Below are positions 61,355-64,000 of a stretch of DNA of 64,000 nucleotides, in pieces. Positions within the stretch are counted from its first letter, which is position 1. The number at the start of each line of letters is the position of its first letter. Under the pieces are notes generated by a model. That model saw only the letters and a program-made list of their open reading frames with translations, did not search any database and was not told the DNA's origin. Made by a program: the position numbers and the translations under genes. Source of the DNA: Clostridia bacterium (GTDB lineage: Bacteria; Bacillota; Clostridia; Christensenellales; SZUA-584); contig JABGQS010000004.1 of NCBI GenBank assembly GCA_018648645.1, forward strand, positions 8,976-72,975, given 5' to 3'.

Positions 61355-61459
61355 GTTTCACCTCAACTAAATTATTGTTGCTATTGTAACATAAAACATG
61401 CCCAATTTCAACCGACAGAAAGTGCGTAATCTTGAAAATGGAGCGTTGTTATTCGCAAA

Positions 61460-62284
61460 TTATTTTGTAATTTGAACGTTGATTTGCCAACCACAAGTGA
61501 CGGACGAATTTGGCGCAACGTGGCGCAGCAGCTCGCCCGTGTTGATGGCGTCCGGCACCGCTGTCCACGGCTCTATGCACGCGCAATCGGCGAATGCTGT
61601 GCAGACAGTCAGCACTTCGTGCAAATCGTCTACTACAATTTGCGCGTTATAACCGTCGGCATAATTCTCGAGAAGCATGCGTTTATCTCCGATGCCTTTG
61701 TAAACGTGGTCAAGGGGCTGTGACAGATCGATAGTGTTTCCCTGCACTTCGCCCGATTCACCGTCTAGATAACTTGTATAATTAGCAAAGTCGAAAGTAA
61801 ACTTCGTGTTTTTCTTAGAGCCGGTTCTAAAGTAAGTATGCCAGCCGATGTAGTACGGCATTGGTGTGTCCGACAAGTTATCGATTGTTGCATTTATAAG
61901 AAGACTTTGCCCAGATACTTTATACTCGATATGCAATACAAAATCAAAAGGATAGTTTTCTTTTTTGATGATTTCGTTTGGCACGGTGTAGACAGTTACC
62001 GAGCTATTCGTCTGCTTTTCGAGCGAGAACGACATATCCTTAACAAAACCGTGCATCGGCATGGTGTATTCCTTACCGTTCACGATGTATGTATCGTCTT
62101 GAGTCGTACTGCAAAACGGGAAAAGCACAGGTATGCCGCCCGCCAATAAGTTAGCAACACCAAGGTCACTTTCGTTCATATACAAAATCTCTACGCCGTC
62201 CACAACAAGCGATGAAATAACTCCGCCAAAATCCTTCATCACTACTGCTTTGGTGTTTCCGTCGTTTATCTCAATCTTTTTCAA
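61460..62284 (-). CDS. Aldose 1-epimerase (galactose mutarotase-like) family protein
   Basis: GGIPVLFP, HGF, GWHTYF and CIEPW. Confidence 0.85.
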   Translation of the reverse strand: MKKIEINDGNTKAVVMKDFGGVISSLVVDGVEILYMNESDLGVANLLAGGIPVLFPFCSTTQDDTYIVNGKEYTMPMHGFVKDMSFSLEKQTNSSVTVYTVPNEIIKKENYPFDFVLHIEYKVSGQSLLINATIDNLSDTPMPYYIGWHTYFRTGSKKNTKFTFDFANYTSYLDGESGEVQGNTIDLSQPLDHVYKGIGDKRMLLENYADGYNAQIVVDDLHEVLTVCTAFADCACIEPWTAVPDAINTGELLRHVAPNSSVTCGWQINVQITK

Positions 62285-62303
62285 ATGTCAATGCTCCAAA
62301 TCA

Positions 62304-63497
62304 TTATATTTTATACAGTTGTTTTGCGTTGTTGTAAAAAAGATTCTCTGTATTGTTTTTTGCATCGTCGATGTTTAAATACCCATCCGCAATCTTCTCA
62401 TCCAATACTGTTGCAATTACTCTATTGGCGGCCAGCCTTGCACCGTAGCTCTCCTCCGAAGTCCATGTGTCGCCGCCCCAGCAAATTTTGGCGGCTATCC
62501 CTAGTTCGATGTGCTTGTGCAATGATTCTTTTGCGGTTGTGGGAGACAGCAATGGCAACCAGCAGATATCGCTGTATACATTAGGACAGTCGTGAAGCAG
62601 CGCCAGAATATCATCACACCACGGAAAACCGGCATGAAATAAAACGAACGTTGTGTCTGGGTTTGCTGTGATAACCTCGTGCATCGCTATAGCGCGGGTG
62701 TCGTCAAGACAGCCTTGACCCGTATGGCACTGCATCGGAATATCTAGCTCTGCAGCAATTTTGCAAACCTCAAAAAAGAAATAGTCCTGGAACGCGGTTA
62801 CGTCTGCTTGCGTGTAATTCTTGTCATTGAAAACCCTGTTTGCAGCTTGCTTAGTTGTCTTTCTATAGCGAATGTTACGGTCGTACGCCATTGCGTTTTT
62901 TAGACTCACGATACCGCTGCTAATTTTTTTGACAATAAGAGCACGAACAAATGCCATATACTCGTCTATATCGCTGCTTTCGTTTTTGTAAAAATCGTAT
63001 GCATTATGACCGTTGTGGTTGAAAACACTTTTATCAAAACCGAAGAAAAGACTGTCAATTCGAAACGTTGAAGCGAAAACTTTGCTGTCACCGTTGTCGC
63101 TTCCCGGATCCCAATAAGCGTCCAGTATAGATTTTTCATAGTTGCAGTGCTTTGATAGTATAGTTTTGTGCCAGGTGCTGTTTTTGTGCGCCTGCTTAAT
63201 CGCCTGCGAGTATTGCTCCCAGTTATCGGCGGACAAGTTCTCATCGATGTTATATAGATTTTTGAGCGCAGCTTGCAGATACACGAAGTAACTTTTGTAT
63301 CTCACTTTGCTTAAATAGTTTTCTCTCGATTCACGCGTACTGTCAAACTCTACATCGCACCACGCTATATATGAATCGCGCAACAGTTTATCGAGATTAA
63401 AATCTGCGAAAAAATCGTCCGGATAGTGATGCGAATGTGTGTTGAGGACTTTTGCGGATGACACAAACTCGTGAATTTGATCAAACATATTGTACAC
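62304..63497 (-). CDS. Amidohydrolase-superfamily metalloenzyme
   Basis: THSH, QCHTG, FHAGFPW, YSDICW and WGGD metal-ligand pattern. Confidence 0.8.
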   Translation of the reverse strand: MYNMFDQIHEFVSSAKVLNTHSHHYPDDFFADFNLDKLLRDSYIAWCDVEFDSTRESRENYLSKVRYKSYFVYLQAALKNLYNIDENLSADNWEQYSQAIKQAHKNSTWHKTILSKHCNYEKSILDAYWDPGSDNGDSKVFASTFRIDSLFFGFDKSVFNHNGHNAYDFYKNESSDIDEYMAFVRALIVKKISSGIVSLKNAMAYDRNIRYRKTTKQAANRVFNDKNYTQADVTAFQDYFFFEVCKIAAELDIPMQCHTGQGCLDDTRAIAMHEVITANPDTTFVLFHAGFPWCDDILALLHDCPNVYSDICWLPLLSPTTAKESLHKHIELGIAAKICWGGDTWTSEESYGARLAANRVIATVLDEKIADGYLNIDDAKNNTENLFYNNAKQLYKI

Positions 63498-63553
63498 CCC
63501 ATTTGATTAATTATATTATTATAACACATAGGAAAGGCAATTATATACCGAAT

Positions 63554-64000
63554 TTAATGCGCGCCAGCGAGAAACCCCGTTGAGTAAGCGATTTGCAAAT
63601 TGTATCCGCCTGTAAGAGCGTCAACATCTATTACTTCACCTGCGAAGTAAAGCCCAGCGCAAAGCTTGCTTTGCATAGTTGACGCGTCAATTTCCTTCAC
63701 GTCAACACCACCGCGAGTAATCACTGCCTCTTTCATTGGTCGCTTGCAGTTAATAGTAAGAGTAAGATTCTTTAGAGTTTGCAACAACAGCTTTCTCTCA
63801 CTCTTTGTGATTGAGTTTGCCTTCTTATCCGCGTCAATGCCGGTCATAGCAATAACTAAATCTATGAGCTTGCCCGGTAGCAATCCGCCAAGGACGTTGC
63901 TGAAGTTTTGGTTTGCGCGCTCGCTAAAATCGCGAACTAATCGTTTATCGAGCGTCGCTTCGTCAAGCGCAGGTTTTAGGTCAATCAACACAGTATAGGC
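63554..64000 (-). CDS. HI0933/YhiN/BaiN-family flavoprotein, 5' end beyond the window edge
   Basis: AVITRGGV, TMQSK and LYFAGEVIDVDALTGGYNLQIAYSTG. Confidence 0.9.
   Translation of the reverse strand, partial: AYTVLIDLKPALDEATLDKRLVRDFSERANQNFSNVLGGLLPGKLIDLVIAMTGIDADKKANSITKSERKLLLQTLKNLTLTINCKRPMKEAVITRGGVDVKEIDASTMQSKLCAGLYFAGEVIDVDALTGGYNLQIAYSTGFLAGAH

Overview
A core housekeeping segment of a low-to-moderate GC Firmicute chromosome. The Clostridia-like assignment rests on gene order, a CIRCE element, GAAC-N4-GTTC SOS boxes, a T-box, a PyrR attenuator and an FMN riboswitch. Most genes are on the - strand. From left to right: partial ahcY, galU, an SOS-boxed Y-family polymerase, the lepA-hemW-hrcA-grpE-dnaK-dnaJ-prmA-rsmE-mtaB-HIT block, a LUD-domain gene, the rimP-nusA-infB-rbfA-truB-ribF operon, nrdR-pgeF-phoP-phoR, the asp23-nusB-folD-xseAB-ispA block, a GlpK-like kinase, a BMP-type nucleoside ABC transporter, a class A PBP, the pyr operon, a standalone flavin disulfide reductase, T-box leuACD-bioY, FMN-riboswitch ribU-tsaEB-rimI, yebC, a mutarotase/amidohydrolase pair and a partial HI0933-family flavoprotein. 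I found no rRNA, tRNA, CRISPR array, IS, prophage or defence island, and no convincing new multi-gene system. The best leads are subtler: (1) an NrdR-box-like palindrome over the predicted start site of the nucleoside ABC operon; (2) a GlpK paralog with an altered glycerol pocket; (3) a divergent TsaD/Kae1 paralog, with tsaD absent from the tsaEB cluster; (4) t6A genes apparently behind an FMN terminator; (5) bioY in place of leuB under a Leu T-box; (6) carB missing from the pyr operon; (7) synteny breaks where clostridial sporulation genes normally sit. All calls come from reading motifs by eye; no searches were run.
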